Source of the DNA: Macrostomum lignano | Lineage: Eukaryota | DNA: 64,000 nt | Direction: 5' to 3' | Assembly: GCA_002269645.1 (NCBI GenBank) | Contig: NIVC01002928.1 | Span: forward strand, 9,129 to 73,128 | In this document: positions 53,737-64,000 of the stretch, piece by piece | Numbering within the stretch: the first letter of the stretch is position 1 | Layout: each line of letters begins with the position of its first letter | The notes under the pieces: model-generated | Seen by the model: the letters and a program-made list of their open reading frames with translations, nothing else | What the model was told of the DNA's origin: nothing | The model's database searches: none | Translations under genes and position numbers: made by a program

Positions 53737-55623
53737 TCAAGTCTTGGGCCCTCTCCTGGCACACTGGTGCCCTACAAAGTACACGAGTCGTCCGAATATG
53801 AGCAGGAACTCGCAAATGCTGACTATGGCCATGCCGATCCACAGGCCCATGATGCCGCCGATGTCGCTGAGAAAAGACTTGAGCGGATAGGCCTCAGATT
53901 CCGACATCACCTGCATGTCGGCCGAGGCGTAGCCAATTTCCAGCAGCAGCAGCCGCTCCTGCATGTACTCCAGGCCGGCCTCGTACAGTGGCTTGGGCTG
54001 CGGGTTGCTGTAGTTCATGCCCTTCAGGAAGGCCGCCCGCATCGTCTCCAGCACCCGGGCGCCAACGCTGGTGCTGTTGAGCTGGACAATGGCTTTGTCT
54101 AAGAACGGCTTGATTGTGTTCACGAATATGCGCGCGAAAGTGCTCGGGTGCTTCCTGGAGAGCTGCGACTCCGGCCAGGGCACGATGGAGTGCACCGAGG
54201 AGAACTGCTCTCGCCGGCACACCTTCGGGCACTTGTCGACGGACACGCGGCTTCGAAACTCGTGGTCGTGACACTCGTCGCGCTTAAGGAACTTGGCGAT
54301 GTCGTCGTGCTTCAGCAGCTGGCTGAACGGCATCGTTGAGACGCCGTCAAGTCCGCGCACCATGCAGAGGGTGTCGTTTCGCGGATCTTCGCGGCACTCG
54401 CGCGGGAACTGCTGGTGCGTAAAGGCATCATCCGGGGGCAGGTTGCAGAAGAGGTTGCGCGTGTCGCCCAGGCTGTTCAGGGCCGAGTTGTACAGGTCGA
54501 TCTCGGTGGGCAGCAGCGCGCTCAGGCAGCCGCACTGCTCGTAGATCTGCCTCTGCAGGGTGACATCGGTGCACAGCGCCGAGGTGTAGGCAACATTTAG
54601 CGTCCTGCTGCTGCTGACGAATAGGTCCTCCTTGATCTGGTAGAACTTGTTCTCGGCGATGCAGCTGGTCTTATTGTCGGCCACTACTGGCAGCTGGGAG
54701 ACAACCATCTTGCGCAGGTCGATTTTCGTGTAGTGTCCGGTGCGCAAGAAGTAGCGGATGCTGTCGTGACAGCCGAACGACTCGTTGAAGCAGATGTACA
54801 GCCACAGCCCACTGTCCGACACCAGCTCGAAGGCGTCCTGCTCAGCGTAGAAGTACCAACCGTCGGGTACGTTGATCACGGCCGTCAGCGGGCTGGTCAC
54901 GTGCTCCTGGGGCTCCCAGGAGAAGCAGCGGTTGCGCTGACTGTCAAAGGTGGTGCCGATGTCTTTCATGGGCGGTTCGTCGTCGTCCTGCAGTCCGATG
55001 TGGACGAACAAGTCCTCCTTCTCGTGCTGGATCTGGCCGCGCTCGCGCCACATGTGGATAAGGTACCAGAGGAAATTGTTCTTAATCTTCATGCCGACCA
55101 TCTTGCGGTCGACTTTGTTGTCCCGAATCTTGTAGATGAAGTTCCAGAACATTGGCAGGATCTCGTTGTAGATCATCTCGAAGGTGACGTTGCGCAGGCG
55201 CGGGTTCGGCACGGTCAGCATGCTGCGGATCCGCGTGCCGCTGAGGTAGTTTTGCGGACAGAGCAGGATCGACGGCATCCGGTCGACGCGTTCCACCCTG
55301 GTCTCCGTGGACACCGGGGTGGACTGGTACCGGATGGTGATGGAGACCAGGTGGATGACGAATCCCGTGAATGTGGCCAGGAACACCACGGCCCAGAACA
55401 GCCGGTGGCAGACGTCAGCTGACCGGGCCATCTTGCGCAAGGCCGGGATCGAGTTCTCCTGGAAGGCGGCCTTCACCTGGGCGATTCGCTTGCCCGGCTG
55501 TCGACAGGCCTTCTTTGTCGAAGCAGCCGTGGCCGTCCCGGCCTCTGGGTCGGAATTGAGTGGCTCCTTTTCATCTTCCTTCTGGGGCTGCTGTTGCTGC
55601 TGGTTCTGCTGGTTCATCTCCAT
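53737..55623 (-). CDS. DEG/ENaC family ion channel subunit (628 aa), intronless
   Basis: TM1 RLFWAVVFLATFTGFVIHL, post-TM1 MPSILLCPQN, Cys-rich ectodomain (YEQCGCL, CPKVCRREQF), TM2 FLSDIGGIMGLWIGMAIVSICEF. Confidence 0.92.
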   Translation of the reverse strand: MEMNQQNQQQQQPQKEDEKEPLNSDPEAGTATAASTKKACRQPGKRIAQVKAAFQENSIPALRKMARSADVCHRLFWAVVFLATFTGFVIHLVSITIRYQSTPVSTETRVERVDRMPSILLCPQNYLSGTRIRSMLTVPNPRLRNVTFEMIYNEILPMFWNFIYKIRDNKVDRKMVGMKIKNNFLWYLIHMWRERGQIQHEKEDLFVHIGLQDDDEPPMKDIGTTFDSQRNRCFSWEPQEHVTSPLTAVINVPDGWYFYAEQDAFELVSDSGLWLYICFNESFGCHDSIRYFLRTGHYTKIDLRKMVVSQLPVVADNKTSCIAENKFYQIKEDLFVSSSRTLNVAYTSALCTDVTLQRQIYEQCGCLSALLPTEIDLYNSALNSLGDTRNLFCNLPPDDAFTHQQFPRECREDPRNDTLCMVRGLDGVSTMPFSQLLKHDDIAKFLKRDECHDHEFRSRVSVDKCPKVCRREQFSSVHSIVPWPESQLSRKHPSTFARIFVNTIKPFLDKAIVQLNSTSVGARVLETMRAAFLKGMNYSNPQPKPLYEAGLEYMQERLLLLEIGYASADMQVMSESEAYPLKSFLSDIGGIMGLWIGMAIVSICEFLLIFGRLVYFVGHQCARRGPKT

Positions 55624-55889
55624 TACCAGTAGGACTTGTTTCCGGCTCTTTTTCGATCTGGATATGACGAATTAGGAATAAAAAAGAAGAATACGCGACT
55701 GTAATTGCTGTTCCATGGCTGCGCAATTCTGCCGCACACAGAATGAGGCCAGTTTAAACGCAACAAACAGCAAATATTGAAAATGTTTTCACTGCAACTG
55801 CGCCAGCCCAGGTGACCCGCGGTGAAATCGAGAAATTTCTGTGCAAATGACAATATCCAAAAGGGAACCGGTGTGTCCTGCAACTCTGA

Positions 55890-56030
55890 ATGTATGTACA
55901 CACCAGCAGCGCTAGCTAAAGGTATGTACACATCAGCAGCGCTAGCTAAAGGTATGTACACACCAGTAACGCTAGCTAAAGGTATGTACACACCAGTAAC
56001 GCTAGCTAAAGGTATGTACACACCAGCGCC
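55890..56030. repeat. 30-bp tandem repeat (ggtatgtacacaccagtaacgctagctaaa), about 5 copies
   Basis: Direct. Confidence 0.85.
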
Positions 56031-58439
56031 GGCAAAGACACTGATGGCGCCAAAGTGTAGAACACAATAAAACGTACGCAGCGCACAAACACTGGACCAA
56101 AGTTTTTAACTCAACGCTATAAATTGTGGATCTCTGCAGCCCAGCTTTCATTGCTGCAGAATTCACTACAATCCGCAAGCTCTGACCAAAGGTCGGATAG
56201 AAGACGAAGAAGACGAACCCCTCGTGGCTACCAGACTTTAAACACATTATTCTTTCTCCTATGCCCTTATGGCCTTTTCGATTCCTTTACCCTCCGTTAT
56301 CCAATAGTTTGCTATGCACTTTCTATTTTCTGCATCTAAATTAACATTTCCCTCTATCTGTACAGAGCAAAATGCTTAGTCTAGTCTGGGGGACAAATAC
56401 AAACTTGAAGCATTTTGGTTATTCTCTACCTTGAATGACCAGCCCAGTGAGTCATTCAATATTTTCTTACAACAGCTGGCTGCATTAATTGATTGGTAAT
56501 AACTCACCAGGAAGTCTCAAGGTGCAGGAAGTCTTCGCGGCAATATTACTCTATCAGTCTTGCTTTATTACTAATAAAGGTGCATTGCCCCAAATGACAG
56601 CTGCTTTGATGAACGTTTCTCTATTCAGGCAATTCTTCTTACTTTCCACTAAATTCTGACACATGAAGTCACCCGTGTGAAGAGAAGCATAGGCAGTTTT
56701 ATATAAGCCAGGTCGGACCCCTCGCGAGGCTTGATTGGCTAACTCCAACACAACCTCCAACTGGGGCCGTGGATTCCACCAAGGACCTTTCTGGTCGTAT
56801 GGCATGCCATGGATTAGAACCCCCCCGAAAAGTTTTTTGCTGCGCCAAAACAAAGCAACGCACGCACATGAAATTCGAGAATGCGGGCTCACTTTTTGTT
56901 GCACACCTTCTTAAACAGGAATCAAGTAGCCAGTCCTTAGGACCGTCGTGATATTCAACGATTCTGCCAGAAGGTCGGATTTTTCCTATAAGCACCCCTG
57001 TGCGCCAATCAGCACTGCACCTTCGTGCAGCCTTGCCAAACCTCTAAATTTCATCAGCACGTCGATCACATGTGTCTGCATCAGCTCTGACTTCGTTGGT
57101 CACTGGCCCTTCACCCAGACGAAGCTTCCGGACCTTCAACAGGTGGCCATTGACGGGCGGAAAAATGGTTTGGTATTACTTACAGCTGAAATAGTAAATT
57201 TTACTATGCAGGACTTTCAAAGTAGACCTTTATCTCTGCTAATGCTTATGGCCCACTAAAGAGGAAACGCAAGCTATCCTGCACCCCTGTTTTGCTATCT
57301 GGTACACTAGTTCTTATTCTCACCTCTCACCCCCGTCTTTCTCTCCCCCCACTCGCCCCCGCTGATTGGCCAGCCGCGCTTGCGCATGACCTTCACCCCC
57401 CTCCTGTGCGTGATTGGCTCTGCCCAGACTAGCTTCAATTTCTCTCCCCCTTGCCCCAACCACCTCAGTCTGTCTGTCTACCCCTAGCTTAGCCTCCACC
57501 TCCTCCAAAGTTAGTAGCCTTTGTGGCAATTGCCTTGAATTGAAGAAGATGTACTTTTATTCTGTCTATCTACGGTGTGTAATTGAGAAATTAAGCTGGA
57601 ATCTTATCCTAAACTAATCAGTAAAGCGCTTGTCTGCTCTCCAATCCACCAATCTACAATTAGACGTCCATGGTATTCAATTTGAAATCCCGCGCTTATT
57701 CTACCTTCTTTCTGCCTTCTCCGCAGCGCTGCAGAAAATCGTTGAGCCTCAGGTTCTGAGATTTCCTCCCAACAAAACGAGTATGGGGGAGTTCAATCAA
57801 GTCTCATGTCGCAACTCAATGCATCATTCTCAGAAAAGTGGCAGTTAACAAAGAAGCTGGGCTCAACCAATAGCTGGGTCGTGCGTTTCAGCCTCATCCT
57901 GAGTTGTACTCTCTCTCTCTCTCTCTCGTGTTATTACTTCCTCACGATATTTAATACCTTTGGCAATGAGGCGTGAGCGATAAAATTGGATTTGAGATTT
58001 ATTTGAGCAAAATCGATGCATTCAGCTAATGCGACAAAGCACTTTAATTGCTGGAATGGCACCGTTAATGGGTTAATCAATAGCTTTGAATGCAGCAACA
58101 TCATAAAGTTTTATTTCAAGTCTTCCTGTTCGACAATGCAGCTGCAGAATACAGTTTGATGTATCTCCATCTACTGCAGAGTTTAAATGGTCCATTTTCT
58201 GATGCAAACCTTTCCTTTGACTAGCTAATAATGCATTATACAATACTCTCGTATCCGATGGCATCATAAAAGCTCGTTCAATTTCCAATTTTGGCAATTC
58301 AATTAGAGACCGTGTGAACTTGTCTGCTTTGGAGCTGTCTCAGCATTGTTCTGATTCTTTTTCCATCTCGATCGCATTTCACATTTCATTGCAGCTTTGA
58401 AATATTTTGGAATAATAAGCAGTAGATGGTACTTTTGGG

Positions 58440-59110
58440 TGCTGAGATGAGATCTAGAGAGAGGAGAAGAGATCTAGAGAGAGGAGATGAGGACTAGAGA
58501 GAGGAGATGAGGGCTAGAGAGAGGAGATGAGGACTAGAGAGAGGAGATGAGAGCTAGACAGAGGAGATGAGAGCTAGACAGAGGAGATGAGAGCTAGACA
58601 GAGGAGATGAGAGCTAGACAGAGGAGATGAGAGCTAGACAGAGGAGATGAGAGCTAGAGAGAGGAGATGAGAGCTAGAGAGGGGAGATGAGAGCTAGAGA
58701 GGGGAGATGAGAGCTAGAGAGAGGAGATGAGAGCTAGACAGAGGAGATGAGAGCTAGACAGAGGAGATGAGAGCTAGAGAGAGGAGATGAGAGCTAGAGA
58801 GAGGAGATGAGAGCTAGAGAGGGGAGATGAGAGCTAGAGAGGGGAGATGAGAGCTAGAGAGGGAGATGAGAGCTAGAGAGGGAGATGAGAGCTAGAGAGG
58901 GGAGATGAGAGCTAGAGAGGGGAGATGAGAGCTAGAGAGGGGAGATGAGAGCTAGAGAGGGAGATGAGAGCTAGAGAGGGAGATGAGAGCTAGAGAGGGA
59001 GATGAGAGCTAGAGAGGGGAGATGAGAGCTAGAGAGGGGAGATGAGAGCTAGAGAGGGGAGATGAGAGCTAGAGAGGGGAGATGAGAGCTAGAGAGGGGA
59101 GATGAGAGCT
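58440..59110. repeat. 20-bp purine-rich tandem repeat (gagatgagagctagagagga)
   Basis: Direct. Confidence 0.93.
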
Positions 59111-59839
59111 CAGCGATTAACGCGTACCCAGTTGGGATTCCGTGTACGAAAATTGGCTCATGCTTGACGATGACAGATATTCTTGGTCGCTGCACACCCT
59201 GTGTGAGAGCTGTGCCTGAGAGCATCCTCTACCGTGCCGGCTGCCACCTCGATATTTTCGGCACTGCCTGGAGCCCCGCTTCAAGCAAACTAACCTGCCC
59301 TCTGGAACCCTCATAAACACGCAGCTACTAACATGAAGTGTTTTATTCAAAGAAGTGATGTAGTAGAGGTGATGCAGGCAAATAGTTCTCACTTATACGG
59401 AAATAATAATAATGAGCCTGTGACTAACAATATCAACTGTCACAAGTAGGCTCATGGGGTAAGTTGATATCAATAATTTAGTTGATTGTCCTATTCCACT
59501 TACCTGTAGATGTACTTGGGCCTTCTTATCGGCGTGATTGGCAGCTGAATTGGCAGCTCAGCTCCTCGAATCGAAAGCATCTTCAAACCTCTTCTTGCGC
59601 TGCCCGTCTTCTAGGTGTTAGGCTTGGGTCTGTCCCACTGTACACTACAGATGTCTCAATTATCTGCCATATCGATTGGGATAACTTCATCTTGAGTGCC
59701 TCGCCACTTGTCTCTTTCGCATGCTGCTTGAATGCAGTATTAATTATCCAAGCTCTCCTGAAAGTTGAGACAAAAAGAGTACAAGAGGAAAATTAAGAAA
59801 TGAGATCGAGGAACCAGAGTGGAAAGGAGAGGTTGAAAG

Positions 59840-60430
59840 ATGATATGAGATCTAGAGAGAAGAAATAAGATATCGAAAGAAAGGGTGAGATCTAAAGAAA
59901 TGGGGTGAGATCTAGAGAGAGCAGATGAGATCTAGAGAGAGCAGATGAGATCTAGAGAGGGGAGATGAGATCTAGAGAGAGCAGATGAGATCTAGAGAGA
60001 GCAGATGAGATCTAGAGAGGGGAGATGAGATCTAGAGAGAGCAGATGAGATTTCGATGGATGACATCAGATTTCGTGAGAATAGATGCGATCTAAAAAGA
60101 AGAGATGTGATATAGAGATAAGATAAGATCTAGAGAGAATAAATCAGATCTAGAGAGAAGAGATAAGATCTAGAGAGAGGAGATGAGATCTAGAGAAACG
60201 AGATGAGATTTCGATAGATAAGATGAGATCTACAGAAAAGAGATAAGTTCTACAGAGTTCGATGAGATCTAGAGAGAATAGATGAGATCTAGAGAGAAGA
60301 AATGCGATCTGGAGAGAAGAGATGAGATTTCGATAGATAAGATGAGATCTACAGAAAAGAGATAAGATCTGCAGAGAATAGATAAGATCTAGAGAGAAGA
60401 GATGCGATCTGGAGAGAAGAGATGAGACTG
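59840..60430. repeat. Degenerate purine-rich tandem repeat (gagatgagatctagagaga), related to the 58.4-59.1 kb array
   Basis: Direct. Confidence 0.85.
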
Positions 60431-60829
60431 GATAGAAAGAGGCTCCGCAGTCCCACAAAATCTGCAAAGCAGCAAAAGTATTTAACCGGGCACGCTGGCC
60501 CAGATAGATAAACAATTATGTTTCACTTCAAACCTGTCCTAATCCGTCGCGTCAGCGGACCGAGCCCTACTTGCAGACTCCAGTCCACGTCAGTCTCTGA
60601 CGTGCCCCATCACGAATACGTACGTTCTTCCCATTTCACGCTGGTTGTGGCAGGGGGAGTTATTTTCGCACCACTTAACAAACCGGCTCTCGTGGAAGCT
60701 TTAATTGCGTTTGATACATTTTTACTGAAATAATTTTTCCTTTGATTTCTTTCTTTGATTCGACATGGACAACTAGATACATGCATCTTTAATCTGGATT
60801 GGACACTGCTGGGGTCAGGATTCATCAGC

Positions 60830-61548
60830 GTAGAGTGCTGGACATTGAATCTGGATAGAGAAACTCAATCCTAGCAATGAAGGCTAAATTGGCATGGAGT
60901 GCTAGACATGGAATCTGGATAGGGAAACTCAATCCTGGCAATGGAGGCTAAATTGGCATGGAGTGCTAGACATGGAATCTGGATAGGGAAACTCAATCCT
61001 GGCAATAAAGGCGAAATTGGCATGGAGTGCTAGACATGGAATCTGGATAGGGAACCTCAATCCTGGCAATGGAGACTAAATTAGCATGGAATGCTAGACA
61101 TGGAATGTGGATAGGGAAACTCAATCTTGGCTATAAAGGCTAAATTGGCATGGAGTGCTAGACATGGAATCTGGATAGGGAAACTCAATCCTGGCAATAA
61201 AGGCGAAATTGGCATGGAGTGCTAGACATGGAATCTGGATAGGGAAACTCAATCCTGGCAATAAAGGCTAAATTGGCATGGAGTGCTAGACATGGAATCT
61301 GGATAGGGAAACTCAATCCTGGCAATAAAGGCGAAATTGGCATGGAGTGCTAGACATGGAATCTGGATAGGGAAACTCAATCCTGGCAATAAAGACTAAA
61401 TTGGCATGGAGTGCTAGACATGGAATCTGGATAGGGAAACTCAATCCTGGCAATGGAGACTAAACTAGCATGGAGTGCTAGACATGGAATCTGGATAGGG
61501 AAACTCAATCCTGGCAATGGAGGCTAAATTGTCATGGAGTGCTAGATT
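60830..61548. repeat. 64-bp minisatellite, about 11 copies
   Basis: ggcatggagtgctagacatgg recurs every 64 bp (60891, 60955...). Confidence 0.93.
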
Positions 61549-62414
61549 GGTTTGGGCATCTTAACAAGGAGTTCTAAAGCATAGTATCTGGATAGACAGC
61601 TGCTGATTTAGCCCAATTTAAGATACACATTAGCTCAGCTTGTATTGGTTCAAGGGTGAAAAAACGACAAGAAAATATGTTTGGTCGTAGCCAACCAGCT
61701 GTCCCCTGAAAACTCTTGTAGATTTGATGGGGGGAGGGGATTTTTATTTGCCTTTCTCCCTTCCAGGGGGAAGCGATGAAGCCTCCTCTCTGCCCGCCCT
61801 CCCCCTCTTTACAGGATAATCAGGCGAAGGCCTGAGGGTTTGCAAAAAACTGCTCACATGAGTATTGAGCATTGTTGTTACTGATATTGCACTCAGCTCT
61901 CGTAAAAAATCCGAATCCTAATTGCCCAGTCTTGCCACTCTGTCGTCGTATGAATATTTCATCACAAAAGTACATTTTAATATCCTTGACAAATATGTTT
62001 TACAATTGGTAGAGTGGAATGTGGCTTAATTGAATAAATTTTATTGATCCAAACCTGCATTGTATTGTTAAGCAGAGTTAAATAGATTTCAACTGCAAAA
62101 TTATTTCATTACTACTTCCTATAGAAATTTTAGTAGTGTACCTCGCGTGTTTCTGTCAGGCTGATAGCGAGCACAAATTTTCCCAGGGGTGCTAGTCAGG
62201 CGTCAGACTTAATGCATTTTCAGTGCGTGCTGCTGGAGACAGAATATGATACCAGCAGCTGATCGATGCTTGATGAAGCAGCTCTTTTATCGATCTGTGT
62301 GACCCAGCCGAATCGCCGAATGAGAACATAGCAGTTTACAAGCCTGCCTGCTTTGCATGCGGCTTAGCCAAGCGTTAGTTGGGACTTTCGATTGCGAGCG
62401 CTGTTGGGAGCTGC

Positions 62415-62592
62415 TGGTGGCGCTGTTAGGGACGCCGTTAGGGACGCTGTTAGGGGAGCTGTCAAGGGGTTGTTAGGGGCTGTTAGGGGGGCTTCTAGGG
62501 GCTGTTAGGGGCTGTTAAGGGCTGTTAGGGGGGCTGTTAGGGGGGCTGTTAGGAGGCTGTTAGGGGCGCTGTCAGGGGGTTGTTAGGGGCGC
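62415..62592. repeat. About 11-bp G-rich tandem repeat (gggctgttagg)
   Basis: Direct. Confidence 0.8.
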
Positions 62593-63172
62593 AAAAATCA
62601 AGCATGCAATCGAGTATATCAACTAACGACAATGAACAAACGTGTTAAACTTTCTATTTCAGCAAACTATTTTTTTTCGGAAATAAATGAGACTCAAAAA
62701 AGGTTTCTAAGAAACGAACATGTCAATGGCATGAATTCTAGTGATGCTGGAGTGCAATTAATGAAGATGAACTATTTCATTATCTCGCACATGGAGAACT
62801 TCTATCTAGGAGAGATGTAAGTACCGACAATTTTTTCGAGTTGAATAGTCGCTAGCCACTATAACGATACCATTACTAGAAAGCCTATATTGAGCGTAGT
62901 TAGGGAAATCATCAGCTTCCTTTTCTCTCTTACGAGCTCTCTACAGTGCAAAATGAATATTCATGGTCTCATTAATACGGCAGCCATCGGCGGAGAGAGC
63001 GAGGCTGGAGAGAAGATTCGAATCTAGGAGGGAAAGTTGCAGCCAATCAGCGATGGGCATTTCGCCCCGCGGCGAAATTGAAGTATTTGAAGTGCAACTT
63101 CGAAAGATCGGGTATAGCGCAAGTTTTAAAATCTTTTCTGGGAAATTTCGAAAGCGAAAAACACTGCAAACT

Positions 63173-63553
63173 ATGAATCGCAGGAACGGTTATCCCTATG
63201 CTTCATCGGTGTCGTCTACAGACTCCGTGATGAACCCGATTCATGGAAGAAAAACCAGGCAGCAACAACCAAGCTTCATCAACGAATGGCACAATAAGCG
63301 AAGAAAGCACGGGTGCCAAAATCAGTCACCAGCCGAGAAGTTGAACGACCTTGAGGTGATTTTCTACGGTAAAGTTTATCGACTATCAGGCCTGGGATCA
63401 CTGGACCCGACGGCACTGTGCAGAGATTTGGTCTACGCCTGGTCTGGTCTCAATGTCGGGCCAACGCCACAGAGCAGGATGAGACCGCTGACTGCTGCTT
63501 TGATTGTCTGCAGACTGAAAGCGAGCGCTACGAAATGGTGGTCGAATTTCCAG
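63173..63553 (+). CDS. Probable first coding exon of an unknown gene (127 codons); continues off the right edge
   Basis: ATG in an open frame, ends at donor CAG|gtgatt, followed by a tandem array like the introns of neighbouring genes; CCAAT box near 63041. No family recognised. Confidence 0.5.
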
Positions 63554-63579
63554 GTGATTTTTTCAAGCTAGATAACACA

Positions 63580-64000
63580 GCCGCCTCACTCCCCAGATAA
63601 TACAACCACACCACTCCCCAGATAACACAGTCACCCCACTCCCCAGATAACACACCCACTCCATGGATAACACAGCCACCCATAGATAACACAGCCACCC
63701 ATAGATAACACAGCCACCCATAGATAACACAGCCACCCATAGATAACACAGCCACCCATAGATAACACAGCCACCCATAGATAACACAGCCACCCATAGA
63801 TAACACAGCCACCCATAGATAACACAGCCACCATAGATAACACAGCCACCCATAGATAACACAGCCACCCATAGATAACACAGCCACCCATAGATAACAC
63901 AGCCACCCATAGATAACACAGCCACCATAGATAACACAGCCACCCATAGATAACACAGCCACCCATAGATAACACAGCCACCATAGATAACACAGCCACC
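63580..64000. repeat. 19-20-bp tandem repeat (ccatagataacacagccac)
   Basis: Direct. Confidence 0.93.

Noticed and set aside
58073-58297. 74-aa ORF with an ERAF motif reminiscent of a hAT dimerisation domain
   Set aside because: Too short and lacks other hAT motifs or termini.

Overview
Eukaryotic (animal) genomic DNA with GT-AG spliced genes and extremely dense simple tandem repeats. The GC-rich coding exons and minisatellite-filled introns suggest a free-living flatworm such as Macrostomum; this is an inference only. Supported genes: the 5' two-thirds of a Dicer gene (minus strand, 10 exons, runs off the left edge), an atypical TKL-type kinase ORF lacking its Gly-rich loop, an orphan single-exon ORF, TTC38 (4 exons), a GT31 beta-1,3-galactosyltransferase-like gene (3 coding exons plus a likely 5'UTR exon), an orphan single-pass membrane protein, an intronless DEG/ENaC channel with altered HG and selectivity-filter motifs, and a probable first exon of an unknown gene at the right edge. 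Mobile DNA: tRNA-derived SINEs, a solo LTR with a 4-bp TSD, and several small dispersed repeats. The strongest architectural signal is that nearly every intron carries its own private tandem array, which stops just short of the splice sites. Most long ORFs in the supplied track are artefacts of these arrays. No prokaryotic features, CRISPR arrays, rRNA or true tRNA genes were found.
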